In this document: piece by piece, positions 1 to 12,855 of the stretch
Numbering within the stretch: the first letter of the stretch is position 1
How the letters are laid out: every line of letters starts with the position of its first letter
From: Octopus bimaculoides
Taxonomy: Eukaryota
NCBI RefSeq assembly: GCF_001194135.2
Contig: NC_069004.1
Span: forward strand, 8,006,594 to 8,070,317
Length of the DNA: 63,724 bases
Direction: 5' to 3'
Notes under the pieces: generated by a model
Seen by the model: the letters and a program-made list of their open reading frames with translations, nothing else
What the model was told of the DNA's origin: nothing
Databases searched by the model: none
Made by a program: the position numbers and the translations under genes

Positions 1-31
<31 letters not shown>

Positions 32-576
32 TATATATACATATATAAACCCTCATTATATCCGTTCTGGAATTTCACGTCTTTTCTGCAAAATTCACAC
101 ATGAATTCTCACCCCACACACGTATATTTACACAGATATACACACACATGCACTTTACACACGCAGACATACTGACACATGTATTAAAAATTCAATAATC
201 AAACACAGTTAGCATTAAGCTCTGCGCCTGATTCATTGCTATCGAGAAAAGCAGTGGTTACGACTTGAACATGCACTCGACCTCGTTCTGAAAATACAGG
301 AATCACAGTGGTGGAGCGTATGTATAAAAATTTAACAGATAAAAAATGTGAAAGGTGCTTATTCTGTTTGTTGACACCTGTTTCGTAATCTGTATTAGTT
401 ACGTAGATGGTGCTACATCATCCACGAAACACATATAACCAAGATGCACACAGACTTATAATATATAAACACCTATAAACATAATTGTGCTGTCACAACA
501 CTGTACAGATCAAATGTATCATGGATAGTCAAACACCAAACACACAAACACAAACACGCAATCACGCGCGTGTACG

Positions 577-624
<48 letters not shown>

Positions 625-1468
625 TATATATATTTACAGAACGAGAGACAGAGATACATATACAACATATACACTGTATGTACGTGTCAATGCATTTATG
701 TATATATGTGTGTATATTTAGAAATGTAATTAGATTCTAAAAGAACAAAGGGTTGCTTCCTATTTACGTCTGATATTGTTTGCTGTTTGCTACAAGCTTA
801 ACATTACAAATAATTTGTCTTCACTTGAATCATCAAATGGTAAGAAATCTATCTCTGTGCTACTACGATGATATATTAAAGTAATTTATTGAAAAAACTA
901 TTGTTATAAATACAACATAGTGTGGGTGTGTGGGTGTGGGTGTGCATGTGTGTGTTTACAAGTATTATATTTGTGTATAGTATATAGAAACGTATCGAAC
1001 TCTTAAATTTTCCTTGGTTGACATGAAAGACAGTGGCCTGGTCAGAAGAAATCTATTATTTACGTTGCAATATAACATATAATAAAACAATTTTAATACA
1101 TCAAACAGGTTTACGATACATAATGTTTCGCTGCGAATTCCTTCGCCAACATTTAACATGATAAACAATTTCCATTCATATGTTAAATCACAGAATTCTA
1201 TTAGATATAAACATACACGTATACACACTTACATACATACATACATACACGCATACATAGATAATACATACATACTTCTCAATACCAGAAAAGAGAAAGC
1301 TAATTCGAAGACTAATTCGACCCCAGGACTTATTCTTTGTAAGCCTAGTACTTGTTCTATCGGTGTCTTTTTGCCGAACCGGTAAGTTACGGGGGACATA
1401 AACACACCAGCATCGGTTGTCAAGTGATGTTGCGAAACACACACAGACACATAAACACACACATGCAT

Positions 1469-1512
<44 letters not shown>

Positions 1513-2214
1513 GAAGAAACGCAACGCACTACATGGATTGGGAATTGAAACCACAACCTCGTGATCGCGGGTGCTACAATCTAAACACTAGTCAACACGC
1601 CTTCACAATGTGGTTCGCAACGCTCTTAAACATTACGCAATTATCATCAAACCGTATCATGCAGTACACAATAAAATTGGATACGAAAACATTAGAATGC
1701 AATGCATCTGTACTCTACAAAATGGACGAGTAGTAAAACACACAGATTAAATATATATAACTGATAGTTAAAAGGCAAAATAAACGCCGAAATAGGATAC
1801 ATTAGTAAAAAATATATAGGAACTTTACTGGTTACACGCTACGTCATTCACTTTTGCAATGCTTCGTATGAAAAAAAAAGGGACATCAGCATCACTTTCT
1901 ACAAGAGAGAACACGATGATGCGGTATTCGGAAGTGTCACTCTTGTAAGCAGGAAAGAATTCTTGAGAAAATAGGAAAAAATATCTTGCTTAAAAAAGAT
2001 AAAAGTAGACACAGTCTTGTTGTCGGGAAATCGTGTTTTAAAGATGAGGTGTTGTTACACACAGATACACACGCCTACACATAAGGTAGATAGAAACATG
2101 TGTATGTGTGTATGTGTGTGTGTGCTTGTGTGCATAGATAAATATATACGTATTTAGTATATATCTTAGCTGAAAATATATTTTTATACATATAGGTTTA
2201 CAAATATATGTGCA

Positions 2215-2266
<52 letters not shown>

Positions 2267-2463
2267 CATATATATATGTATATTATGCACATACACGTAT
2301 AGATATAAATAAACGTGTGTGTGTGTGTGTACGTAACTATATAACAGATATATATTTGTATATACTTACATACATCCACACAGGTGCACACACATATGCA
2401 TGTTTATATATACATATACACACATATACATATATATATAGAGAGAGAGATATGGACGCATTT

Positions 2464-2549
<86 letters not shown>

Positions 2550-2562
2550 ATATCTACGTACC

Positions 2563-2593
<31 letters not shown>

Positions 2594-3189
2594 ATGTACC
2601 TATTTATCGTACATATATGTTTACATATATTGCAATTCACACACACACACACACATACACACACACATACACACACACAAACATACACACACACACATAC
2701 ACATACACCCACACACACATACGAAAGTTATTTAATTTGACATTATCCTCTTATCTCATGCTGTCGTTCATTCCAAATCGCAAATCAAAAGAACAGAACA
2801 AATCATAAAGTAAATCCACAAAAGAAAATAAATATCACAAAGCTATCCATTCTTCGTGCTTCATCGATTAATTCTTTTCTAGATTCAGATATCGATACGC
2901 TATCACTCAGCTCCAATCAGCTGTCAATGGGACACAATGGATAACATATACACAATGTGCCAACATAGTTCAATAAATAATCCTTGACAATTCCTATCGT
3001 ACGTCTTCTTTAAACTCCAATGCATACATACATACATACATGCATACATACGCACATATATACATACATGCGTAGATACATACATTCATATATGTGCGTG
3101 CGTGTGTGCGTATGTGTGTGTGAGCATGTGCATGTGTTTTTTTTTCTTTTTTCACAGAGATAATATGTATGTTTCCAAACATAACTACA

Positions 3190-3344
3190 TCGACTCCAGT
3201 GCGTAACTGGTACTTATTTAAACGACCCCGAAAGGATGAAAAGCTAAGTGGACCTCGGCGGAATTTGTACTCAGAACGTAGAGGCAGGCGAAATACCGCT
3301 AAGCATTTCGCCCAACGTGCTAACGATTCTGCCAGCTCGCCGCC
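3190..3344 (-). mobile_element. tRNA-type SINE, family A (ggcggcgagctggcagaa...ttcatcctttcggggtcgataaa...)
   Basis: Dispersed repeat with a B-box-like gagttcaaattcc. Other copies at about 5991-6275(-), 7700-7895(-), 12255-12470(+), 13525-13860(+), 47245-47395(+), 47955-48170(+), 50205-50530(+), 51660-51823(+), 54095-54260(+), 54285-54455(-), 59106-59225(+), 59340-59455(+), 61845-61960(+). Confidence 0.85.
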
Positions 3345-3421
3345 TGTAATGCACTTTTATATTAATCAGGGAAGATCCGATACACTATAATAACGATAGT
3401 AGTAGTATTANNNNNNNNNNN

Positions 3422-3481
<60 letters not shown>

Positions 3482-4380
3482 GCTGGGTCACCGCCAATAT
3501 ATATACATATAGATATACACATACGTATACATATGAGTGTATAAACATTTACATATACATATATGCATATCATGTTTATATACTCATATATGCATACACA
3601 CATTAATGTATTTATATTAATATATATATGTATGCTTTCTAGGCAAAACAGCGCCTACAGGACGGTGTCACGATTAAATTTTTAGCCTTAATGTATGTTT
3701 TGAAAGATAATCGGTTGATCCATTAAACTTTAAATGCTTGATTTGTCATATTCATCGATTTACTATCTAGAGCTGTCTTTAGATGCAGTTCCAGAACCCG
3801 TTTTACAAACACTGGGACGCGTGTAAGAACGGGTGTAAAATGTTTCGCTCACAAAGCTCCTGACAAATAAAATTGGCGCCATTTTAACAGTTTCATTATA
3901 ACAGTGATATGGCCAATTTTTGCTTCTGTGTTTGTTTTTATTCGTGCTTTTGTGTTCCAGAAATGAATCGTCAATCGCATTAAAAATATTGGAGATATAG
4001 GTAATTTCGAGATATTCAATAAATCTTTGTAAATGGTTTGTTTATCTGCAGTGAGTAATGAAACGTGTTTTGACAGTGAATTAAAGTAATGTTGCTAGTT
4101 CTTTGTTGTTGAAGATGTAAACAGTTACGTTGTTACTTGTAACGAATAAAACTTCTAATCGGATGCAATCAGAAGCTGGACGTTACGTTAGTGTTACTGT
4201 TAGACTTATGTCATGGGTGCAGAAAATACGGTTTCGAATTGCACATGTAACCTTTGGTGGTTTTTTTCCATCTAGAGGTTTATAAATCCAATATAATTAC
4301 GTGCTATTATTATCAGCATCTTGACGCTCATCTCTATTTATTTCACATTACGAAGCTTCTACATTTTCATATGTATACAT

Positions 4381-4422
<42 letters not shown>

Positions 4423-4432
4423 ACGTAAGTGC

Positions 4433-4466
<34 letters not shown>

Positions 4467-5089
4467 TTCTATGCCACGCTACGCATAAAAACAATATAGT
4501 AAATTGAAAGATAACCGAACACATTTTAGTAGCGTAAAAAATGTTAAACTTTTACACGGAAAAAAACGTCAGTGCACATTTTGGCTCAGTCGCCTGATTG
4601 ACTGATTAATTGATAGAAAGATAGACATACAGCCAGACAGACAGTAACACATCGTATATAGTCAAGGAAAACCATATTTTTTGGCCTAGAAATTTGCAAT
4701 TATATATTTGTCAGTCGCTATTATACTTTTTACTCTACAATTCTTTATAAAATTCGCATAAAAAAGCGTGGTATAGATTTCTTAAGTTCATTATCAAATA
4801 AGCAGTGCAATTACTAACGTATAATTAGCGTGGCATGCATCTAACCGTATTATCTATTATATAAGCTAGACTGCATGCCTTTACATTTATCGTTTCATGG
4901 TTGGCAGGGGGTGCAAGTGTGTACTTATGAATGTGTGTGTGTGCGCGTGGCATATTCCTCCAGGAATATTTCTCGCTTGAAGTAATGAGAATTCTTGTTA
5001 ATGCCGAAACTGACATTACCAATCAATCATTCGAGAAATGTTAGAATTTCAAATGCGCAGAAAGCTACAGAAAAGAAATATCTGCGCGG

Positions 5090-5420
5090 TGGTGGTGATG
5101 ATGAGGAGGAGGAGGACGACGACGACGACGTGGACGACGAGGAGGACGAGGAGGACGATGAGGACGAGGAGGACGAGCAGGAGGAGGACGAGGAGGACGA
5201 CGAGCAGGAGGAGGACGACGAGCAGGAGGAGGACGATGGCGATGACGACGACGATGACGACGATTATGATGAGGATGGTGATGATGAAGACGTTGATGAT
5301 AAAAGCGACCACGAAGACGATGATGATGCTTGTGATGATGATGATGAGGAGGAGGAGGAGGAGGAGGAGGAGGAGGAGGAGGAGGAGGAGGAGGAGGAGG
5401 AGGAGGATGGTGATGGTGAA
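5090..5420 (+). repeat. Compound (GAG/GAC/GAT)n trinucleotide tract
   Basis: Purine-rich compound repeat with an internal gacgagcaggaggag unit occurring three times. Confidence 0.9.
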
Positions 5421-7077
5421 GGAGTCGTAGTATATGTTGTATAAACTTATAATTATGGCGGACAGCAATGATTACGAGAATCTGCATGGTATATTTACAC
5501 ACGGGTAATTTATAGCGGTATATTCAGTGCTGAAATTAATGAACAACTTGATTTTTTTTTTTTTGTAGGAATTTTAATGATTATTTTTTATCATTATTAT
5601 TATTATTATTTGAAACACTTCAATTTTTGTTCTTACATTATTTCCAATTTAAAAACCACAGTAAACATCTATGCTTTTTTTTTTTGTATGAAAAAAATTA
5701 AAACCTGCAGTTGTATATTCGTAACCTTTATAATTTTTGTTTTATCACCCGTGCCATTTAAAGTGCATTAAGCACCTAATTAGAGATAAAAGTTCAGCAT
5801 GGATATGCAATACTCCAACGAGAGTAACTTTAGCAATGGTTACTATGGTCAAGTGTAATGGATACGAGTAAAGATACCAGGAGTAATCCATGAGAGATTA
5901 CATGATCGTATTTATTTAGAAGTAGATGTGTTTTGTTGCGTGTACATAGAGCTTTCGTGATCCACTACGATTCATAAGGCGGGAACTGGTTTCCATAACT
6001 GGTTTCAAATTCTGGCACAAGGCAGGAAAATTCTGGAGAAGGGGTAAGTCGATTTCATCGACCCCAGTATTTAAATGGTACTCATTTTATCGGCTCCGGA
6101 CGGATGAACTGTAAAGTCAATCTTGGCGGAATTTGAACTCAGAACGTAAAGACGGACGAAATATCGCTAAGCATTTCGCCCAGCGTGCTAAAGACTGTGC
6201 CACCTCGCCGCCTTGAATATATAATAAGTATTTCACCCGGCGGCGTGCTAACGATTCTGCTAGCTTACCACCTTAATATAAAAGATATATAATATATACG
6301 TACGTATATGTGTTTATTTGAGTATATATATTTGCATGTGTATATGTGAGTATGTATTATATATTCATGCATGGTTATATTTGGGTGTTGTGAGAACCGG
6401 TACATTCAGACAAAAATGCACAGTGTAATATAACTCATCGCAGTTTTCTCCCTTCGTAGCAATATTGACTTTACATTTCGTATCTTCATATCTTACATGA
6501 ACGATGAATGAAAAAACCAAAGAACGGTGCCGATATAATCCACATAGGAACTCTTTAAATGTCGTGCTCCAGCAAGGCCGCAGTCCAATGAATGAAACCT
6601 GCAAGAGAAAACGGTGTACAAATAGGAAATAAAGAGAGGTTTTGTTTACATTCCTTCTCCTCTTTTGTATACACAATTGTGTAGGACGGAAATTACTTTG
6701 GTAAATAGAAAACCCGAGATTTTGCAAGAGTAGAAAGAAAATATACACGAAAATCTCGTTTCTATACAAACAACTGCTATGCCTTCTTTTCCCCTTTATA
6801 GTAAACAACAAAACTATTCTTTAAACATTGTGATGTGATATTTATTACATTTAGAGGTGGATAAAATGTGTGTGCGCGTGTGTGCGAGAGAGAGATTGAC
6901 ACAGGGAGAGACTGACAGAGGGAAAGCCTGACAGTGGGAGAGAGAAACGGAGAAGAACGGCGGAAGAGAACTAAATCAATGCCATAAACGAGATCCTCTA
7001 CAAAAATACTATATTGATACTACTATTACTAGTGCTGCTGCATCTACACTGTAGTTAATGCTACTACTATAAATAGT

Positions 7078-7078
7078 G

Positions 7079-7147
<69 letters not shown>

Positions 7148-7211
7148 TGCTTGCAGTGGAGAGCTAACACTTTCCATCATACCAAGCAATATAAGTTGTA
7201 AGTTTTAGTAC

Positions 7212-7263
<52 letters not shown>

Positions 7264-7264
7264 G

Positions 7265-7295
<31 letters not shown>

Positions 7296-7310
7296 AATAA
7301 TAATCATAAT
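7078..7310 (+). repeat. (AAT)n/(AAC)n microsatellites
   Basis: Directly visible in the sequence. Confidence 0.95.
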
Positions 7311-8218
7311 AACACTAAATGCTCTGATGTAATGCTAGGCACTGAATGTTAAAGCGTCTAATCTTAACTGACTGGAAATAATATCATGTATATATTATGT
7401 CTTGGTATAAAAAGATGGGCTACAGCAAATATTTAACTCAATACCACAGACCTGCTTGTCAGTTGCTTGACCTGTCGAGTATGTCCCTTAATGGCTGACG
7501 GTTTGTGCATATCACAAGCGGGAATAGTGGTGGAACATCGTAACCATGTGTTGAGAGGAATTCTTTGGGGTTTCAATAATCCACCTCTGGAAACATGGGT
7601 GTTGCTTTCATTTAAAGATGAAATGGCTCTTATATGTAAGAATACCGGGTTGACTAAATATAAGAGAAGGAAAACATAAAGACATCTTATAAAAGTTACG
7701 TGGAAATCTTGGCGCTAGGTCAGCAATTTTGGGAAGGGGAAAGTCAATTATACTTTCCAGTGTTCAAAGTGGTGTTTATTCTATCGACCTCGGAAGGATG
7801 AAAGACAAAATCAACCTCGGCGGAATTTGAACTCAGAACTTGAGGACGGAGGAAATGCTCCGAAGTATTTTTCCCGGTGTGCTAACAATTCTGTCATGTC
7901 ATCACCTATCCATAAAACTTTCAGAAATCTCATTGTATTCAAAATAAAGCCAGCTAGAATACCAGAATGGTTGTGCTAAGGAAGAACTTAGAGGTGGCAG
8001 AATATTATAGTCGTTGGAACGTTGGAGAAATTGCTTTGTGATAACCAAGTTCATGAGCAGTATTGAACAGTATTACGCCAGTAACAGAGAAATGAGCTGG
8101 TTTTATTTTATTTTTTTATCATTCGTCAATGGATTAATTATTTAACTGATCAACAAATGGATTGTTTAATTAATCATCCGATTTATCAATCAAGCAGTAA
8201 TGTTTGTGGTGCAGATTA

Positions 8219-8258
<40 letters not shown>

Positions 8259-8899
8259 GAAGCAAAAAAAGAGTGTCATTGTTATCAAGTCCTCTTGATA
8301 CAGGAGAACTTCAAAATTAGAACCAATCATACAAACCTTCACAGATCCAAGATCTTCATGAACTGCAAAGATATAAGCACAAATTTATTTACCCTATTTT
8401 TGCCAAAGTCACCCACTTTTCGACAGATTCACTAGAGACGAACACTTCCCTTTCCATTTACACCTTTCCATTCCAAGCTTCACCAAAAAGAGAAGGGTCT
8501 TATATTAATCCTTTGAACTTCTACTTCCACACTTTCCAGACAGACGAGAAAACTGCCTGCCTTTTTTTGTTGAAGCAGGGTGGTATAGCAAACTGCATCA
8601 TGACTTCGAGCGATATCCGGGTTCATCAACGATGTGAAAACAGCTGTTCGAAGCATGTTTTATTTGGCAAAAGAACCCCACTACTTTTTACAACATTTCT
8701 TCATTTTGTTGGAGGTTGGTTTGAACTTTTGACGATGTATTGCAACATTTTCCATTGTTTTCTGAAAGGATGTTATTTTATGAATGTCAAGTACAATATA
8801 CTGTTTCAAAATAGAATTTAACTATTTTAAGGCTGGCATTTCTAATAATCTTTAACCATAATTCTTTGAATTTCAGAAGTAATTTTAAACTAAATCTTG

Positions 8900-9400
8900 C
8901 TGGTTATTTGCATTTCTAAGAGTTAAGAAGTATCATCTCAATGCCATCTACTCATTAAAACCTGGCATTTTTATAAATTCAATTCAAAAATATACAATCT
9001 AATAACTTTGAAGACTTTCGTAGAACTTAGATCCTAGACCTTTTGGTTCCATTTTAACACTGAAGGGAATAATACTTTTTCTTAATCCATAAAGCATTAT
9101 TGAAAGATAGTATCATTCTTATTGCATGAATCGCAATATTAATCTCATTATCAGTGATATAGAAATAATCCTTTTTCTAAATCTATCAACTTACTGATTA
9201 TTCGTATTTCTAAGATTCATAAGATATATACTTTCATCGCGATAAAATCTTGTTATTTTCTGAATCTTTGTATGGAAAATGTGTAAAGTAAACAATCCAA
9301 CAATTTTCCAAATATCGACAACATTTTCTTTCACTAGCACTGGAGGAATGAATTCCATTTTTCTTCATTCAATGGAAGCTAATATCGCTCTCCTCGTATA
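8900..9400 (-). mobile_element. Possible Tx1/L1-clade LINE C-terminal zinc-binding remnant
   Basis: Stop-riddled frame YCDSCNKNDTIFQ*CFMD*EKVLFPSVLKW...IRLYIF resembles the CxxC...DTI.H.F..C..V..FW motif. Heavily decayed. Confidence 0.35.
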
Positions 9401-9719
9401 TATTTCAAACTGAAACGTTGTATTCGATATTTGGGAAACGTTTGTGACAAAAACCTAGAGATTTTTTTGTGGGAGTATTTTAAATAGTGTGGATGCGTTA
9501 TTGGCTTCTGCTTTTCTGTATAGCTTTGTTTTGTGTTCTGTAGAGTAGCGTATTGCAGCTGACACAGTAGGAAGACTATTAGAGAATGTTGTCGTTATAT
9601 GACCGACGTAACACCAGTGAAACACCAGTGATTAAGAAACACAAAATTAAAAATCTATATTAACAAACTGCTTCAGTTTTTATTATTGTTTCTTATTGAT
9701 AGTATTGAATTAAGATTGT

Positions 9720-10175
9720 GACTGGGTTGGTCTCATCCATAGACGTGTCTTGGATCGACTGACTTCATTTAGACCTTAAGACTTTCAAACCGAGATCATC
9801 ATCACCATTCAAATTGTAGAATCATGCACGTCTGACTTGCCATAGAGACAAACAGATACCTGCCTTACACCAACAAATCATCTCTCAAAACACGTTTCAT
9901 TATCCCTTCTCAGCCATATCTAATTGCTGGTTCTCTCAACAGTTGATTTCATTTTTTTCCACGTATGTTGCTTCACGATGGTTCACGCTAGAAAATAAGA
10001 GCAACCGCCTAAATCTGGTTCCTTTAAACTTCTACATCCAGCGTCTACAAAAAAAGTTACTGCACTCTAGCCAGCACTTTTACAGTCTTCCAGTAGCAAC
10101 TCATAACGGCTCGTCTCTCCTAACCTGAGCAGCATCAGTATTATCCTCGTTCGGATCACTTAATTCAACAAGATG
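9720..10175 (-). mobile_element. HERO/NeSL-like non-LTR retrotransposon 3' remnant (RLE domain and 3' UTR)
   Basis: With one frameshift: VHLVELSDPNEDNTDAAQVRR / RYELLLEDCKSAG*SAVTFFVDAGCRS ... TVERTSN*IWLRR, similar to HERO-type ELTVPWEE..AHERK..Y..L..C...GW......VEVGCRG...AERASRWLWLRR. Confidence 0.7.
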
Positions 10176-10234
10176 CACTAGAGCAGTTTAACTATTTATT
10201 TAGTTAATCCAGCGTGAGATATAAAACATTTTCA

Positions 10235-10864
10235 AGTTTCTAAATTCATAAAATATAGAGTTGTCTGATGGCAATATCGATTTCGAAAACAAAATAAGTA
10301 ATTTAAATTAATAGATAAATCGATGTTGTTAAAGGGTTTGTTAATTAAAGAAAAAGGCAGAAAATCACCAATTAACATGGTTCTAAAGTTTGTCACAGTT
10401 AGGAGGGCGAGTGTTAAAGGTTGAACACCAATTTTAATAATTTCAATGAGAAAGAGAAATGGAATTAAAAATTAATGTGTTCGAAGTGATAGTAGAGAAG
10501 CTAAGGATGATTTTATATCGTTTCGATAGGAAGATGTCATTAATCTTAATCACAAGAGGAAGGAAAGAAAGGGAGGATAATATAGCTAAATGACTCGCAG
10601 TTTTAAATACACAAGGATTTAGCCCTAAAGGTTTTAAATTAATAATTATTAGAAATAATGAAATAATGAGGAATCTTCCTATATTATTACTAAAACATCG
10701 GTAATTTATGTATTTATAATTCGCATAGTAATTATTGAAGAAAAGTTAAGCAATGATGAGAAGATTCAAAGTGATGTAGTGATAAAGAAAAGGGATTAGA
10801 GTGTTAAGATTCAGACAAGAGAGTGATGATAAAAGGTTGTTGAGTTATGATCGTCATGACACAT
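10235..10864 (-). pseudogene. atp6: NUMT: decayed mitochondrial ATP synthase subunit a
   Basis: Minus-strand translation (invertebrate mito code, with frameshifts) gives DDHNSTTFYHHSLVWILTL, GLNPCVFKTASHLAM, IGVQPLTLAL and FEIDIAISQLYIL. These match ATP6 motifs (FDDHN, GLIPYVFSTSSHL, VRPLTLALRL, FEIGICIIQAYIF) in the right order and spacing. Confidence 0.85.
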
Positions 10865-10921
10865 TAGAAAGCAAAATGGAGAAAATAATATAATTCAACT
10901 TAAAAGATATAATCGAAGCAT
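10865..10921 (-). pseudogene. atp8: NUMT: 5' remnant of atp8 joined to the start of atp6
   Basis: Reads ATG CTT CGA TTA TAT CTT TTA AGT TGA ATT ATA TTA TTT TCT (MLRLYLLSWIMLFS), resembling MPQLSPINWLFLF. It sits right after trnD, as expected from cox2-D-atp8-atp6. Most of the gene is missing. Confidence 0.55.
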
Positions 10922-10984
10922 ATAAAAACACTATATTATAGTAATTAAAATTTGATATATTTCTGCTTATTTACTAAATTTATA
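10922..10984 (-). pseudogene. trnD: NUMT: degenerate mitochondrial tRNA-Asp
   Basis: About 63 nt between the cox2 stop and the atp8 start, with a residual T-arm (acta-taata-tagt) and A/T acceptor ends. The anticodon looks mutated, so the call rests mainly on position. Confidence 0.5.
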
Positions 10985-10994
10985 TATTTGTTAT

Positions 10995-11587
10995 TTAGTT
11001 ATTTTTCAATAGTCAGTTATTAAATGCATTTATATTTTCAATTTCAAGTGTAATAGATATGAATGAATGGTTAGCTCCACAAATTTCAAAATATTGACCA
11101 TAAAATATGTCTCAGCAGTTAGAGAATAGATATAGTTGATTTCAACGACCTGGAAGTGCATTTACTTTATCTCTTCGAGAGGAAACGGTTCAAGAACGGA
11201 TTACGTTTGCGAATAAAATGATTATTCGATTGTTTGCTTTCATTGGAATAATTAAGTGAGGGCTAGTAGGTAGGCGGAATAATAATCCTTCATTTAATTC
11301 ATTTAGAGGGATTATATAGGAATTCTTGAAAGTTTAGTATTCATACCTTCTGTATCATTGATGGCCTTATCGTTTAATTATAAGTAAAGGGTAAATCGAT
11401 TCAATTAAATATAGTTTAAGGGAAATTAATGCGAGAAATGGGAGACTCATTCTAAGAATAATTGTTCAAAACGTCACAGTTTCTTGGCTTTCAGTAATTA
11501 TAAGTGAATTATAATTAATCTTAAGAAATGTAGGAATAAGAATTAAAAAAAATTAGTGATTAAACGAACAATATTAACACTTATAAA
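10995..11587 (-). pseudogene. cox2: NUMT: cytochrome c oxidase subunit II, middle and 3' part
   Basis: Nearly in-frame translation: ITESQETVTFWTII...GHQWYSSYEY*...SYMIPLNELNEG...ANVIRSWTVSS...ALPGRWNQL...FYGQYFEICGANHSFMSITLE...NWLLKNN*. It has internal stops and a damaged CuA motif (CSEICGANH changed to YFEICGANH). Confidence 0.92.
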
Positions 11588-11790
11588 TATATATATATAT
11601 ATATATATTAATCCCGAAATTGATTCAATATAGAGATAACGCATTAAAAAATATCCGTTAGCTTGCTTTCCTCGATTTCGAGAGAACGTGTATTCATAGT
11701 GATGTATATTGTAATGTGGTGATTGACGATTTAAGGTCTATTTCTCAGCATATTGGCATAGAACTTTTTTCTTTTGCCCTTATTTATAAT

Positions 11791-11825
<35 letters not shown>

Positions 11826-11866
11826 ATGTATGTATACATACACGTATGTATATATATATATATGCA

Positions 11867-11904
<38 letters not shown>

Positions 11905-12254
11905 GATGCGTGGCTAAGTGGTTAGGGTATTCGGCTCACGATCATAAGATTGTGGGTTCAATTTCNNNNNNNNNNNNNNNNNNNNNNNNNNNNNNNNNNN
12001 NNNNNNNNNNNNNNNNNNNNNNNNNNNNNNNNNNNNNNNNNNNNNNNNNNNNNNNNNNNNNNNNNNNNNNNNNNNNNNNNNNNNNNNNNNNNNNNNNNNN
12101 NNNNNNNNNNNNNNNNNNNNNNNNNNNNNNNNNNNNNNNNNNNNNNNNNNNNAAATGTAGGAATAAGAATTAAAAAAAATTAGTGATTAAACGAACAATA
12201 TTAACACTTATAAATATATATATATATATATATATTAATATATATATTACTAAA

Positions 12255-12470
12255 GCCGGCGAAATGGCAGAATTTTTAGCACGCCGGGCAAAAGGCTCAG
12301 CGGCATTACTCTTCTGTCTCTATGCTCTGAGCTGAAATGTCACCGCGGTCGATATTGCCTTTCATCCTTTTGGGGTCGATAAAATAAAACACCAGTACTG
12401 GTGTCGATGTAACTGACGTACCACCTATCTGGAAATTGCTGGCCTTGTCCCAATACTTAAAACCAATATA
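12255..12470 (+). mobile_element. SINE family A inserted within the cox2 NUMT
   Basis: Family A head and body lie between the two halves of cox2. Confidence 0.8.
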
Positions 12471-12477
12471 TATTATT

Positions 12478-12576
12478 AAATGGTAAAATAGTAACAATAA
12501 TTATGGAGTGATGATTGAAAAAATGAATTGCTCTACAAGTGGAGAATTTGCATCTTGAAATCCTCGTTACTTCCAT
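12478..12576 (-). pseudogene. cox2: NUMT: cox2 5' end
   Basis: ATG...GGA TTT CAA GAT GCA AAT TCT CCA CTT GTA GAG CAA TTC ATT TTT (GFQDANSPLVEQFIF), the typical COX2 N-terminus. It is separated from the rest of cox2 by a SINE, microsatellite and gap. Confidence 0.85.
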
Positions 12577-12855
12577 TAGGTTTTTAATGGAATAAATAAA
12601 GCTCCTGTTTCCATTTGAAGTCAACTGGTAAACGGTTGTTTCATTCTAATGATGTATTTGTGGGATTTGATAATAGTTCGTTTCCTCATATGAAAGATAT
12701 AAAAAAATATGATCAATGTTGAAAGTAATGAAAGAATATTTCATTTGGTATATGAATCAGAGTAGTCTTAATATCATCATGTCATGGTATTTCTGCTAAT
12801 CTTAAAATGTATATGGAAAGATAACGTTATAAATATTATAAACATAAATATTCTC
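12576..12855 (-). pseudogene. cox1: NUMT: cox1 3' end
   Basis: LAEMPW...YSDSYTKWNILS...LEWNNRLPVDF..METGALFI* resembles the COX1 C-terminus ([20 protein letters not shown]...LEW..RLPVDFH..ETG). The stop abuts the cox2 ATG. Confidence 0.85.

Noticed and set aside
8400-8425. Minus-strand KVGDFG, resembling a kinase DFG motif
   Set aside because: There is an in-frame stop three codons upstream, no other kinase motifs and no splice context.
11900-11965. tRNA-like A/B-box sequences here and at other SINE heads
   Set aside because: They continue into SINE bodies and lack a full cloverleaf, so they are not tRNA genes.
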